Origin: Monocercomonoides exilis PA203
Taxonomy: Eukaryota; Protista; Preaxostyla
Reading direction: 5' to 3'
DNA: 64,000 nucleotides
Assembly: GCA_001643675.2 (NCBI GenBank)
Contig: LSRY02000058.1
Location: 438,438 to 502,437, forward strand
Shown here piece after piece: positions 24,964 through 41,813 of the stretch (its first letter is position 1; each line of letters starts with the position of its first letter). The translations under genes were made by a program, and so were the position numbers. The notes beneath the pieces were generated by a model, which worked only from the letters and a program-made list of their open reading frames with translations, had not been told where the DNA came from and did no database searches.

Positions 24964-25838
24964 ATGAAATGCCTTATTTCTCCGTCTATGCTTAGCAGCG
25001 ATTTTGCTAAGCTTGCAGAAGAATCCGAAGCCATTATTAAAACGCATGGTGCTGATTGGCTTCACCTTGATGTTATGGATGGGCAATTTGTACCAAATTT
25101 GACAATAGGAGCCCCTGTAATAAAATGTTTAAAGAAGCATACTGAAGCATTTCTTGATTGCCATCTCATGGTCATTAACCCACAAAATTTTATTAGGCCA
25201 TTTAAAGATGCTGGGGCAGACATGTTCACATTTCACCTTGAAGCTGTTCCAGGTTTTTATTCTTCACACTATTAGAAATGTTTTTTTAATAACATATTTT
25301 TTTTTAATTTTTTTCCAGAAGGAATGGCTGCATCAGATATTATCAAAGCGGTAAAAGCTGAAGGAATGTTGTGCGGTATTTCAATAAAGCCAAAAACTCC
25401 AGCAGATGCACTTTGGGGTTTGATTTTTGCCTTTTATTTGCATGTTGTTATATAATATTAATAATGCACACTTTTCTTTTCTTTTCTTTTTAAATAGCCA
25501 AAGAAGACTTGCCAACAATGGTTGACATGGTTCTTGTGATGACGGTTGAACCGGGTTTTGGCGGCCAGGCATTCATGGGCGATATGATGCCCAAAGTGGA
25601 GCTGCTGAGGAAGAAGTATCCGACGCTCCTTGTCGAAGTGGATGGAGGACTGGACAAGAACACGATCAAGCCAGCAGCAGAAGCAGGGGCGAATGTGATT
25701 GTGGCAGGAAGCAGCATATTTAAGAGCGAAGACAGAACAGCTGCTGTGTCTGCTTTGAGAGAAGCATGCGAGAAAAGTGCTGCGCTTCAGCCAATTTCAA
25801 ACGAGGAAGTGTTGAAAAGAACAGCCAGAGGAAAGTGA
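24964..25838 (+). CDS. RPE: Ribulose-phosphate 3-epimerase; introns 25253-25318 and 25418-25497
   Basis: [61 protein letters not shown] and [10 protein letters not shown]; the second intron was checked to keep frame. Confidence 0.95.
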
Positions 25839-26233
25839 ATTTGAGGTTATCTGGAAAAGATGTTGAATTGGAGCTTGTAGTGGCTGGATGAAGTATTTAT
25901 ATTTTGTTTTGAGTTTGAACGCTGTAATTAAGTTGTTGATTATACTCTTCCTTTTTCTCAATTGAAAAAATAAAATAAATAAATTGATAAATAAAAATAA
26001 ATTTTTTTATTTCACCCACTTTAGCTTTGATTTCTTATTTGTTCGTCTATCATTCATTGAAATGGGGGAAAAGAACAATAAATATATAATTTCTTCTCTT
26101 TTTTTTCATAAGATAAATGAAAAGTCGACAGAAAAAAAAGGCATCTGAACTTTTCTGCAATTCCACGCAAAATCATAATTTCCAAATGAACCTCTAAACT
26201 GTTACATCTTATTTGAAGTGAATAATGAAATGA

Positions 26234-30769
<4,536 letters not shown>

Positions 30770-31045
30770 TCAACTCGTTTAAATAAAATGACTATAAAAA
30801 AATACGACACGAATTCGCGCAACCTGAACAGCGAATTTTCGAAAAGAGACGAAGAAAATTTAACTTTTTAATTACCTGTTCAATACATAATTTTTTTGTT
30901 GATTCGAAAAAATTCAAATACATTCTTTTTTAATTTCGTATTATTAAAAAATACCACTCGTTTCTATATATTCGTGTTAGCTTTGAGTTCACTTAAAATT
31001 GAAAATTAGTGAGAATCCTTGTTTATGGAAAAATTGTTTTGTTTC

Positions 31046-32033
31046 TAGTGTTACACTTTTACTCTGACCTGTATTTTACCCCCACCCTTTATTTTGTAGA
31101 GCTGGCTACGGCTTAATACAAGCTTGATGCCAACAAAAAATAACTAGAAATGTTTATTTTAATAAATTTAACTTATACAGAAAAATTTTTTTAACAATTT
31201 TTTTTTAACTTTGAGATCTCGGTATTTTTTAATTTTATTTTTTGATCATTAAATTGATGGTCTTTCCATGAATATAACATTCTGGAAATTTAAAGCCACA
31301 TCAACATTACACGTCTTATCCTTTTTATTATTTTTAAAACTTTTCACATTTCACACGTTTCTTTTTCACTTGTTTTCTCATTTCATCCACTTTTCGAAAA
31401 AATGAAAATTTTTTAAGAATGATGATTTTTCGTAAAAAAATTTAAGATTATCCTTAATATATGTTAGAATGTTAATTATGCAGATATACAAATAAGCTTT
31501 GCAAATTTGATTTGAAATGGAAAAATGAAAAACATCAATTTCGGAAGTTTTGATTTTTCCAACCAGTAACATTTTTTCAGCAAAAAATTACGTGAGTGTC
31601 CAATAATATATAGAGTTTCAAATGAGATACAGCTTATAAAATTAAAAAATTGTCTTTTATACAATCAAAAATTGCATTTTTTCGAAAAGTGGATGAAATG
31701 AGAAAACAAGTGAAAAAGAAACGTGTGAAATGTGAAAAGTTTTAAAAATAATAAAAAGGATAAGACGTGTAATGTTGATGTGGCTTTAAATTTCCAGAAT
31801 GTTATATTCATGGAAAGACCATCAATTTAATGATCAAAAAATAAAATTAAAAAATACCGAGATCTCAAAGTTAAAAAAAAATTGTTAAAAAAATTTTTCT
31901 GTATAAGTTAAATTTATTAAAATAAACATTTCTAGTTATTTTTTGTTGGCATCAAGCTTGTATTAAGCCGTAGCCAGCTCTACAAAATAAAGGGTGGGGG
32001 TAAAATACAGGTCAGAGTAAAAGTGTAACCCTA
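31046..32033. mobile_element. Non-autonomous foldback/MITE-like DNA element with about 359-bp near-perfect terminal inverted repeats
   Basis: 31046-31404 is the reverse complement of 31675-32033 (ends TAGTGTTACACTTTT / AAAAGTGTAACCCTA), around a 270-bp AT-rich non-coding spacer. The outermost TA on each side may be a TA target duplication. Confidence 0.9.
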
Positions 32034-32549
32034 TAGATATTGAATTGAGAAATGACTCCTTTCATTGTGCATGCAGCATAGCTGGAGAAGAGACGTTTCA
32101 AGACGTAGACGAAGAAGAAGTTCAGGAGTTATTTTCAACAAAGAAAATAGATTTATGTATGGAATTCAACGAAGAGAAAGAAAAAACTATTTTGCAAGAA
32201 ATACAAAATTTGCTATACACAAACTGGTTTCCTCGACTTGACAGATCATTTACGAATAATGCTCGGAGCGTGCTTAAAGATTATGGAAACAATTCTATAA
32301 CTGCTTGCAAGTTGTTCTTTGAAAATCAGATGAAATCGAAGCCGGAAGAAATAATCGAAAAAGATCCAGAAAACTTTTACAATGTAATTGCTGAGTTTGG
32401 TAATCTCCAATCGTTGTATTCAGGCTTATGTTTGTCACTAATCCTATCTCCATGCAGCGAAGCAAGCTGCGAGAGAATTATTTCGAAAATCAAAAACATA
32501 ATTGGAGATAAAAGAAACTCGATTAGCCTACAGACTTTGGAAGCATTAC

Positions 32550-33937
32550 GGCATATGGGTATGATATGGGAGTTTTCAAAACTTATTAAAGCTTATTTTT
32601 TTATTATTAATATGATTATAAATCATCATTATTCATGTTTTTAATCATCGGAAATCCATGATTATAATTTTCAAATATTTTTCGAAAAAGGTCAATTTCA
32701 AGTTGTTATGGGTTGTGATCAAAATTGTTATATTGAAATGGCAATGCCGGATCTTCAGATAATTAAACCTCATCAGCTGGATAATGTTTTCACAGACGAA
32801 GACGGAGCGTGGAGGTGGTTTTACGAGAATGTTTTGAAAAACGAAGCGAAAATTTGCGTCCGTTGCAGAAGAAAAATGATTGTTTTCAAAGGCGAAAAGT
32901 TTTACAGATATTGGTACTGTTCAAAATGCAATAGAAAGAAATCTGTTTATGATGAAACAGTTTTCTTTGGGAATAAATTATGATTGGGGAAGGTTTTAAG
33001 AATCATTTTGTGATATTGGGAAGGTGCAAATATAAAGTTCATTTCGAAAATGCTGGGAGTGGATAGGAAAACTGTTGGATTCTGGTGCAGTGTCGTGAGA
33101 GTTTCATGCATGGAAATTTGGAATTTACATCAAAACCCAATAGGAGGAGAAGGAAAAGTGGTTGAAATTGACGAGGCTGTATGGAGGAGAAGAAAATATA
33201 AGAGAGGAAGAAGAAAGGAACAAATTTGGATATTTGGTGGGGTTGAGAGGTTGGAGGGAGGTGGAGCTGGTCCTCGTTTTGTGAAAGTTGTGCCTAACAG
33301 AAAGAGGGAAACTCTTCTACCCATCATTTTGGAAACAATTCAAAGTGGAACGACAATTATGAGCGACGAGTGGAAAGCATACTCCACTTTGGACCAATAC
33401 GATTACACTCATAGAACTGTTTCTCATATCAAAAAATTTGTAGATCCAGTTCCGGGTGCGTGCACCAATACGATAGAGGGCTTGTGGGGTGCATTGCGCA
33501 AATCATTCCCTCAGTATGGAGTGAGAAAATCAATGATTGCAGATCATTTAGCTATGTTTCTGGTAAAAACTTCTTTGAAATATAAATTTCAAGATATTTC
33601 ACCATCTATCGTTAAGTATAAAGCTGTAGAAAAGCCAGCAGAATATCTTGCGGAAGAGGAAGTCGAAGATGAAGATACCGAAATCCCTCAAATTGAAGAT
33701 ATTTTGGGAGATGAAGAAACTGAGGAAGAATCGTCAGGGCTCGAGACAGAAGAAGAAAAAACTTCAGATTATGAACCATAAATGATTTATTTTTATTTTT
33801 ATTTTTTATTTTTTATTTTTCATCCACACACATTTCCGATGAATATAAACATGAATTATGATGTTTAGTGATCATATAAATTACAAATAAATATGTTTTA
33901 AGGAGTTTTGAAAACTCCCATATCGTACCCTTATACC
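32550..33937 (+). mobile_element. Merlin (IS1595/ISXO2-like) DNA transposon, 1388 bp, with 8-bp TSD AGCATTAC
   Basis: TSD AGCATTAC at 32542-32549 and 33938-33945. TIRs start GG (GGCATATGGGTATGATATGGGAGTTTTCAAAACT versus the reverse-complemented GGTATAAGGGTACGATATGGGAGTTTTCAAAACT), with imperfect similarity extending about 105 bp. Internal ISXO2-type transposase. Confidence 0.93.
32708..33781 (+). pseudogene. Merlin/ISXO2 DDE transposase with an N-terminal Zn-ribbon, broken by two in-frame TGA codons
   Basis: CVRC..WYCSKC, then in the same frame GGEGKVVEIDE, WIFGGVER, TTIMSDEWKAY, HRTVSH, CTNTIEGLWG. TGA codons at 32981 and 33011. Confidence 0.88.
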
Positions 33938-34699
33938 AGCATTACTTCATATTTGACTTTAATCTCTGTTTTTTATTTGTCTTATAAAAATTTATATCAT
34001 TTCATTCTATTTTTCAAGTTATTCTAATTGAACAAACAAAGCATATAAATCATATTCAAAAATACAACACTTTCAACGTTATAAAATGATCTTGAAGTTT
34101 TGAATGATTTCTCTTTATATGTTTTTAAAAAATGAAAAATCATACAGACATGTGTTTTTATCTTAATATAAAACGTTCATTCACTTTGTCTAACATCGCA
34201 AACTTGTGGTTTTATGTTCCAGCAATGAAGGACTTTGAAATTGAAATTTCACGAAAGATAGTTTCAAATGATCAATGCAAAATATAAACAAAATAAAAAA
34301 ATATGAATACACTTTCTCAGCATCATCATTTCTAACCTTTATAATTAAATGAATATTGACTTGTTTGAGTGTTAGCATTTAATCATTTCATTCGATTGAT
34401 ACAGCTTGTGGAATGAAGATTTCTTCACTAACCTTCATTCAAGAAGTTATTTATTGCCTGATCCATTCCTTAATTCTTCTCTTCCTCTTCCAAAAACCAT
34501 TCGATTAACTTATCATTCCTTCTTTTACTATTTTGACATTAGCAATTCTGCCTGGCCCGTCCAAAAAAACAACACAGCTATGCCACTCTGTGAAGAGAGC
34601 TCCGCACGATCAAAACATTTTTTATCCCTTTGCATCTTGCCAAATGCACTTACAGTTTCATGTTTTGGAGAAATCTCAAGAATCCTTCCCTCTACAGCT

Positions 34700-36996
34700 G
34701 TGTGGATGAGCACTGCTGGATCACTGAGAAGATGATTCTGCAGGAAAAGCTGTCACTTAACTTTCTAAACAATATTTTTGCCCACGAGCTCACTCCGGCC
34801 GACGAGACATTCAACTGCGACGATTGCCTGCTCTTTACAGAGGCTGTCATGCACTTGCAACAGAATCTGCTGCACCTGTCATTCTATTAAAGTGCTGCTC
34901 CGCTGTGAAGCAAATGGTGCTGGAGATCGCGTGGCAAACGCTGAGTCCAACTGATGCACATGTTGTGTTTGAGATCGGGCGAGGGGAAGAGACTACTGCG
35001 ATGCACTTTCTGGAGCAGATGCCAATCTGCGAGGTGGGTGCACCGATGCAGTCGATTGTGCTGCGGAACGAAGGTGGGACGAGCATCGACAACAGACTGG
35101 AATTGTCTGATGTGAAGCGGCTGAATGCGTCTGCAACTTATTTCCCTCTGTTTGAGTGTTCTATCACGAGAGGGATTGTTCCTGCTATAAAAAGAAGGCA
35201 ATATATTGGTGCTTCCATCCACTGATACAAAGAAGCAACTTAATGAGGATTCAGATCATGTTGGAAATCAGATACAGCGCAATGAGTGAGATGAATGAGA
35301 ATGTGGAGGAGGATCAGAGGGGAGAGGAAGTGATGGTACAGAAGGTATCACACACATTGAAACTGAACTGCAAGCTCTGCTGGCGGAAGACGGTTTTATC
35401 GCGAAGGAAGGTGAAGAGCTGTTTGTACATGAAAAAACGACAACAATTCCAGGCTCCTATTTCTCCGACGCTTAGCCAGCTGTGAATGATGTCACATGAG
35501 AGAATTGGCTTTATGAGTGCGGAGAGTTGGATCATGGAGAAGAGGCTGGTGTGTCTGGTGTGTCCGGCATGAAACTGCGTCTAGCGCCGCAGAAGAGGGA
35601 GTAAGAGAAAGGAGAGAAAAAATGCATCATGTTTGAACGGAAAGAGAGCCATCCGCTGATCTTGCCGTAGGTTGTGACGATTCATCCGATCAGAGGAGAG
35701 ATTGCAAAAGGACAGAAATGCGTATGTGATGTGTAACTTTATGTGATGCATTCGGTTATACTAATGAATTCATTTCTGTAGCTTTCGCCTTCGATGAATT
35801 CGAAATGAAATTATTCAATTGAAAATCAGAATTCTTCTTCTTCTTTTGCTGAGAATAATGTTGAAGCAAGTTCAAAAGTTTTTCATTCTTTTCGTATCAA
35901 TGTTTCCCTTCAACATGTCGTTCTTCTTCTATGAATGATTCTTCTTCTTCTTCCTCTTCTGTTGTTGCCTCCAACTTTAACTCAGGCAGCATTGATGATC
36001 ACTCCACCGTCGCCTCACTCTCCACACAGCACTCTCAACTTTGGAAAAATCAAACGGCTTCCTTCTTCTTCTTATCCTATGCCTTCTCAATCTTCCTCTT
36101 CCTCCTCTCTGGAAATTTTCCCACATCAGCCAAGCATCCGCAAACAGCCATCGAGAGTGAGTGTCATTGAGGGCATGACGAAATCTCGGGGCATTCAGAC
36201 AGCCACACGACTTGAGCAGTTCCACCCTATCCTGGAAAAAGCGAGAAACGAAGAAAACCAGTTTCTATTGGCGCCGGCTAGGCAGCCTGTTGATCCGCTT
36301 TCAGCAGCTGCTGCATTTACACTGCAATCGCGAGCATTGATCAGTTGCATTCAGCTCAATGAGACCACGAAGCAGGTACTGGAAATAGCAGCACAGGCAA
36401 AAGTGGAGCAGAAGATAAGAATTTTGCAGAAGGAGAAGGAAAGAGAAGCGTTTGGGATGTACAACCTCAGTCCAACCAAGTCTGCCATGAAAGGAACAAC
36501 AAGAAAGAACAAAGGGAACTTGGGTCCGCTGAGATAGTCGCGAAGTAGCAGTGCTGGAGGAAGAAGGATGACTGATGAAGAAGAAGTGAGCGGAGTGAAT
36601 GTGTCTCTTCCTCCCTTGTTGAATCCGTCTTCTGGCTCTTCTTCTGGTTCTGGTTCAGTTTCAGTTCCATTGTATTCTCAGCAGGGAATAGTACAACAGT
36701 TCTCTATGCAATCACAAGGGATTCTGGGAATTCAAGGGCTTATTCCAACTGGAGCAATGAACAAGCAAGGAAGCGCAGTTCGTTTGCCTCCTTTGGGGAT
36801 GCAAGACTCAAATGAAGGAGGAAAAGCACATGAAGGGAGGATATCGTTGAAGAAGGAGAGGCTTTGCGAGTTGGATAGATTGCCGGATTTGTATGGAGAT
36901 GATTTGGAACGAGGGATGAGGAGGATTCTGGTGAAAGAAAGGAAGACAGAGAATGGGATGACGGTTTCAGGGAGCCATACAAAAAGATATTTTTGA
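34700..36996 (+). other. Coding-like, GC-enriched, fragmented hypothetical/pseudogene region
   Basis: Several 100-200 aa ORFs (34824-35225, 35935-36537, 36568-36996) with coding-like composition, separated by stops or frameshifts; no recognisable domain. Confidence 0.3.
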
Positions 36997-39518
36997 GAGA
37001 ATCATTAAAAAGCAGCTCGGCTATCAGATTTTCGGAATGCGTGGGGCTTCTTCCCTTTTGTCGATATTTCTGTTTCAGTTGCCGCTCAGTGCAAACAGAA
37101 ATGCATCTCTTTCTTCTATTTCTGCTTCACTGTCATCTTCAGTTATCACTTCTTTATCCCCATCTTGTTCCGCTGTTGCATGCATTTCTGGTTCGTTATT
37201 CTCTTCTTATCCTTCTTTTCTCCTTTTCCACTAAATATTTATCATCACAAAAATTTCTTCAATCCTTTTGACCACATTTCCTTTCAAAATATTTTATTGG
37301 ATCAAGAACTTTGTTTTCTTTAACTTTAAAAAATGGAAAATAAGAAAGACTGATAAATATTCATCTTTTTCTCATTTTGATTTATGAAAATTTCCTTCTG
37401 CGGCATAATTTCTCTGTTTCTTTTTCATTTCTCTCTTAATCTCTGATGCAGATATCAAATGGAAAGAAATCCAATCAAATGACATGAATGAAGAAGAAGA
37501 AGAAGTGTGTGAAATGTTGTTGATGTGTTTGAAGAAGAAGAAGAAGATGGTAATGATGATAAATGAATAGAACGAGATGATTAATTGTTGAAAATTGTGA
37601 AAATGAGTGTCAATTTACATCAACGGAGAAATTCATTGAAATTCTTTTCTTCTGTCTCTTTTTCTTCTGGCAAATAATAATTTCTGAATCCTTTTCACTT
37701 TCAGCTCAATCTCTTCAACTTTTTCCAACAAAAAAATACAAAGCACGCATCAATCTCTTTTTCATTCCATCTATTCCTTTTTCACTTCCCCTTCTTTCAC
37801 AAAAAAAATCATCTTTCCTCAAAAATAATTCTTCACCTAAGCTGATGCAAGACATCTTCATAATATCTCGCATTCCATCTGTCTGTCTGTATTTTTCCTT
37901 CCCCACTTTTCTTCTTCTTCAAAGCGATATAATCCCTCATCCTTTCAGCATTCAAAAAACAAAATAATAATCACTTCAAAAAATATTCAACAAACCTTCT
38001 AAACATTTTTAAAGGCAATTTTCTATATTTTATTCCATTGACAAAGCTCATTTCCCTCCAATAAAAATTCATTATTCCTTCCATTTCCAAATATTTCTTC
38101 ATCTGATTCGCTAATCGTCCTTTCCAGAAGTCATTTTTCTATTAAATGCATCAATTTATTGTTCTTCTGAAAAATGAGAAATTTATGCATTTCCTTCAAT
38201 TCCATCTTTCTCATTGAAAAATATCCTTTTTCTCGTATGAAAATATCATCTCCAATTCCCATCCCAATCCCTTCATCCTGGGCACTTTCCATATGAAATC
38301 GCTGTCCGAACTTGATAGTCAGACTGAATAACGAGAAATAAAGCTTTTTATTCATTTTCATTCATTTCGATCTGATTCTCTGAAATCAGTGCAAAAGCTG
38401 TCAACAACCAGATATTCGTATAAAGAAAAATAAATAAATAGCAAACCTTCTTCTCTATTTAAAACATAAAATCCTTCTTCAGCGCCTTATGTGTCCACAA
38501 AAATTTGTTTATCCAAGGAATACTGCTTGTTTGAAATACGTTGCTCTATTTCTTAAATAGTTGAAAATATAGAACAAAAAGAAGAAAAAGAAATCATTCC
38601 AATTCTTTAAGTTTCTATCTCAAACTTAAATAGAAATATTGCGTTTCATGACTTATGCAAATGGTATTATTTCTTTTTCGAAAACAACAATAATAAAAAT
38701 TTAAGCAAACATGTCAATATCCATTTCTTTTTCATATTGAAGTGCAATATATTCTGAATATATGTGTTAGGCAACTTAGCAAAAAATAACAAACAAATCA
38801 TATTTTTTCCAAACAATTGTAAAGCCCAATTGCTGATCTTTGATTTTTGATAATTTTTTTAAAATTGTTATGGAACATCAAAAAAAGTTAAAATTTGAAA
38901 ATGTGTCAAAATTTTATTAATAATATTAGTGAATGAATATTTTTCAAAGAAAATTTTCGCATTGGACACCTTGAAACATACGAATTAGAGATTAAAAAAG
39001 TCTGAAGTGAAAAAACTTTAGTGATGGACATGAAGGCAAAATCTTCTTCACGTCACTCAGGTTAACAAAAAACGATTTCATAAACAACTTTTGTTAGCTT
39101 TGTTGTATTTTTATGAATTAATTACCAAAATTTAATTTCTGCAATATTTACAATATGCCTACAAATTTAAAGGTTTAAAATTTTGTTATTTAACGGCAAA
39201 ACATCAACTTTTGAGCAAACCACTAAAACACTCATCGTTTGATTTTTTTCTGCCAATTTTTTGATATTATTTTTGTGTTAAAAAATATTCATTGCACCCA
39301 CATTTAAGTTCATGGATTTTCATTGTTTTTGTTTCAGCAGGTCTCACACTCCCATTTGCAAATTTTCCTCTTTATCCTCCAGAGCAGAAGCTGGAAAACG
39401 ATAAACAGAAAATTGAAAAAACCAAATAAAACTGAAAAATGCTGAAATTTCTTGAAGCAACAGACAAACAGAGGTCAAACGAATGAAGAAGATAGCCTGA
39501 GCTGCTGCCAAAAATATA

Positions 39519-39520
39519 AC

Positions 39521-39588
<68 letters not shown>
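39519..39588. repeat. Compound microsatellite: poly(A) followed by (GA)n
   Basis: An A run of about 28 nt followed directly by about 20 GA units; further GAA/GAG triplet repeats at about 40031-40078. Confidence 0.9.
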
Positions 39589-39592
<4 letters not shown>

Positions 39593-41813
39593 GATGATTT
39601 CCAAAACTATGCCAATTCGGCTGCTGAGCTTTGTGTTGCATACCAAACAGCACAACCCTTTCGCCAACAGCTAACAAGACGTTTGCACTGCTGCTTGTGC
39701 CAATGCTCTTCTTTCTGCCTCTTTCTTCCCATTCTCTTCCTATTCTCTTCTTTTTGCTCTTCTTCTGCTTCTTCTTCTTGCACAACCGGTGGGTGTCTTC
39801 AATGCGATGTCCATCTGCCTTCCCTCTTTCCCACTCTCTCTTTCCCCTTTTTTTATTCTCTTCTGCTTTCTTTCCCCTTCCACTCACTTGCCTCTTCCTT
39901 TGCCTTTGCCTCTTCCTTTGTCTTTGACACTCATCAGAGAAGAAAAAGAGTAAAGCATTGAAAATGCCTCCAAAACTGACCGAAACACACAGAATATCTG
40001 AATTGTTTGAAGAAAAATCCCACAAAAGACGAAGAAGAGGAAGAAGAGGAAGAAGAGGAAGAAGAGGAAGAAGAAGAAAATCTCAAACATTTTTCGAGTG
40101 TTCTCTGCCATCCCATCAGAATTGTGGCTGTCTTTCTTCTACTCTTCATCCGACTCATTCTCATTTGCTGCACTTCCTCCTTTCATTCATCACACTTTCT
40201 GTGAAATCTGATGACCTCTGTGTTTTCTGATGTTTTGCAGAAGAACGAGGGAAGAGAAACACTTTTCGATTGCATTGGCTTTGCCGACCTCTGAAAAGAA
40301 GAGAAAGAAGAAGAAGTTGATGATAATGAAACGATAATGTTGATAATAACGATATTAAAGTAAATGAGGATGATGATGATGAAGATGATTGTAGAGTGTG
40401 CGATTGAAGATTTATTGGTACGCACACCAAAACAAGAACAGCAGCGCAGATGAAAGAAGAAAGCAATCGCAAATGGCTGTGGCCTCAAGGAATTGATGTG
40501 CAACTGCCAATGAGAAGCAACACGATGAAAAATGTTGTTTCTTTCTATTTCCTCTTTCCTCTTCTCAGCAGCTCAATCACAAAAGGAATGGCTAGAATTT
40601 TCTATTGATCTCAAGATAAACATTCCATTTGGTGCTTTTCTGATACAGCATATGATGATGATGAAAATAGTGCATGGAGAAGGATGATGTTTGATGTGCG
40701 TTTGATGAAGAAGAAGAAGAAATCCTTTTTCTTTCCTTCATATCTTTGTCGCTTCTGAGAATATGTCAATGAGTGAACATAAACCCATTTCCTTTTCCAA
40801 AACAATGCTGGCGAATGAAAAACAAAAAACGTTCGAAAGAATTGTTTCTATGGCATCTTCTTCCATTCTTTGCTTTCACAATCATCATTGTTGTTTGTTA
40901 TTTTTCTTTTCAATCCCTTTTCATTCAAAAAGCAGCCTTCAATCTGATTCTGCCTCCTCATTTTCCCTTCTTCCTTTCTCCAAAACAAATTCTCCCAGCA
41001 AATAGAATGCGTCAGCCATTTCTATCATGACTTTCATATTCCTATCATATGAAAAAATAAAAAGCAAAAAAAAAAAAAAAGTATTTTCATTAAAATACTC
41101 GAATAAAACAGAGTTTGTCGCATACCAATCGCTTATTGCATCCCTTCCTGCAACCACTTTGCATCAACAAAAACTGTCCATTTTCACTCATTCCAGTTTT
41201 TATCCTTTTTCTCTTGAACTGAAATTCCATCTCTATCTGTGAGAAAAGCACATCAAAAACCCAATCCAAAAGCTCATATAACCTTGTTCCATGCAGCCCA
41301 TCCCTTTTGCGAAAAGTGTCCATTTCGGCCAATCTTGGCAAAAACAATCATTTCTTTTAAAACATCGAAAATCTCTTCAAATAAAAATATCACAAATAAT
41401 CCACCAAAAGACACACATTAATATGTGGTGCAGAATCACAAAACTTCCATCGCTCACACCTCTTCTGTTCATCTATTTTCATCAATCTTCACAACATTCA
41501 TTTATTTCACAAACGCCATTTCTCATGAAAATACAGGTAATAAAATCATTTGCTCTAAATCATATGTTGTTCCATCTCAGAGGCAGATATCGCTGGACGG
41601 TGAGTAACAGCTGAAATATCAGAACATCAACAAAAATTTATTAATAATTCTCTATTATTCATCGGATCATAAATAAATGTCGAAAAATATAAAAGGAAAA
41701 TATTTATTTTTGATGTTATATGATACGCAACGTTGAAAAAGGGAATTAATTTTTAATTGAAGGGCCCATATTAGTCTGTGACAGAAAATAGAAAAGAAAG
41801 CAGTTTGAGACGC

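Larger units (their letters stand above)
32033..33956 (+). pseudogene. hAT-family transposase C-terminal relic (dimerisation domain), interrupted by the Merlin element
   Basis: LILSPCSEASCERIISKIKNIIGDKRNSISLQTLEAL matches the hAT dimerisation motif. Removing 32550-33945 restores ...LEALLHI* with TGA at about 33954-33956. The 5' part is missing or disrupted. Confidence 0.8.

Noticed and set aside
37700-38400. Degenerate minus-strand relic of the surface-protein family (EGNELCQWN resembling EVCKWN)
   Set aside because: Only a few residues of similarity amid many stops; it cannot be supported without an alignment search.
39344-41614. Numerous overlapping short ORFs
   Set aside because: They are products of microsatellite and GAA/TTC low-complexity sequence with no coherent protein.
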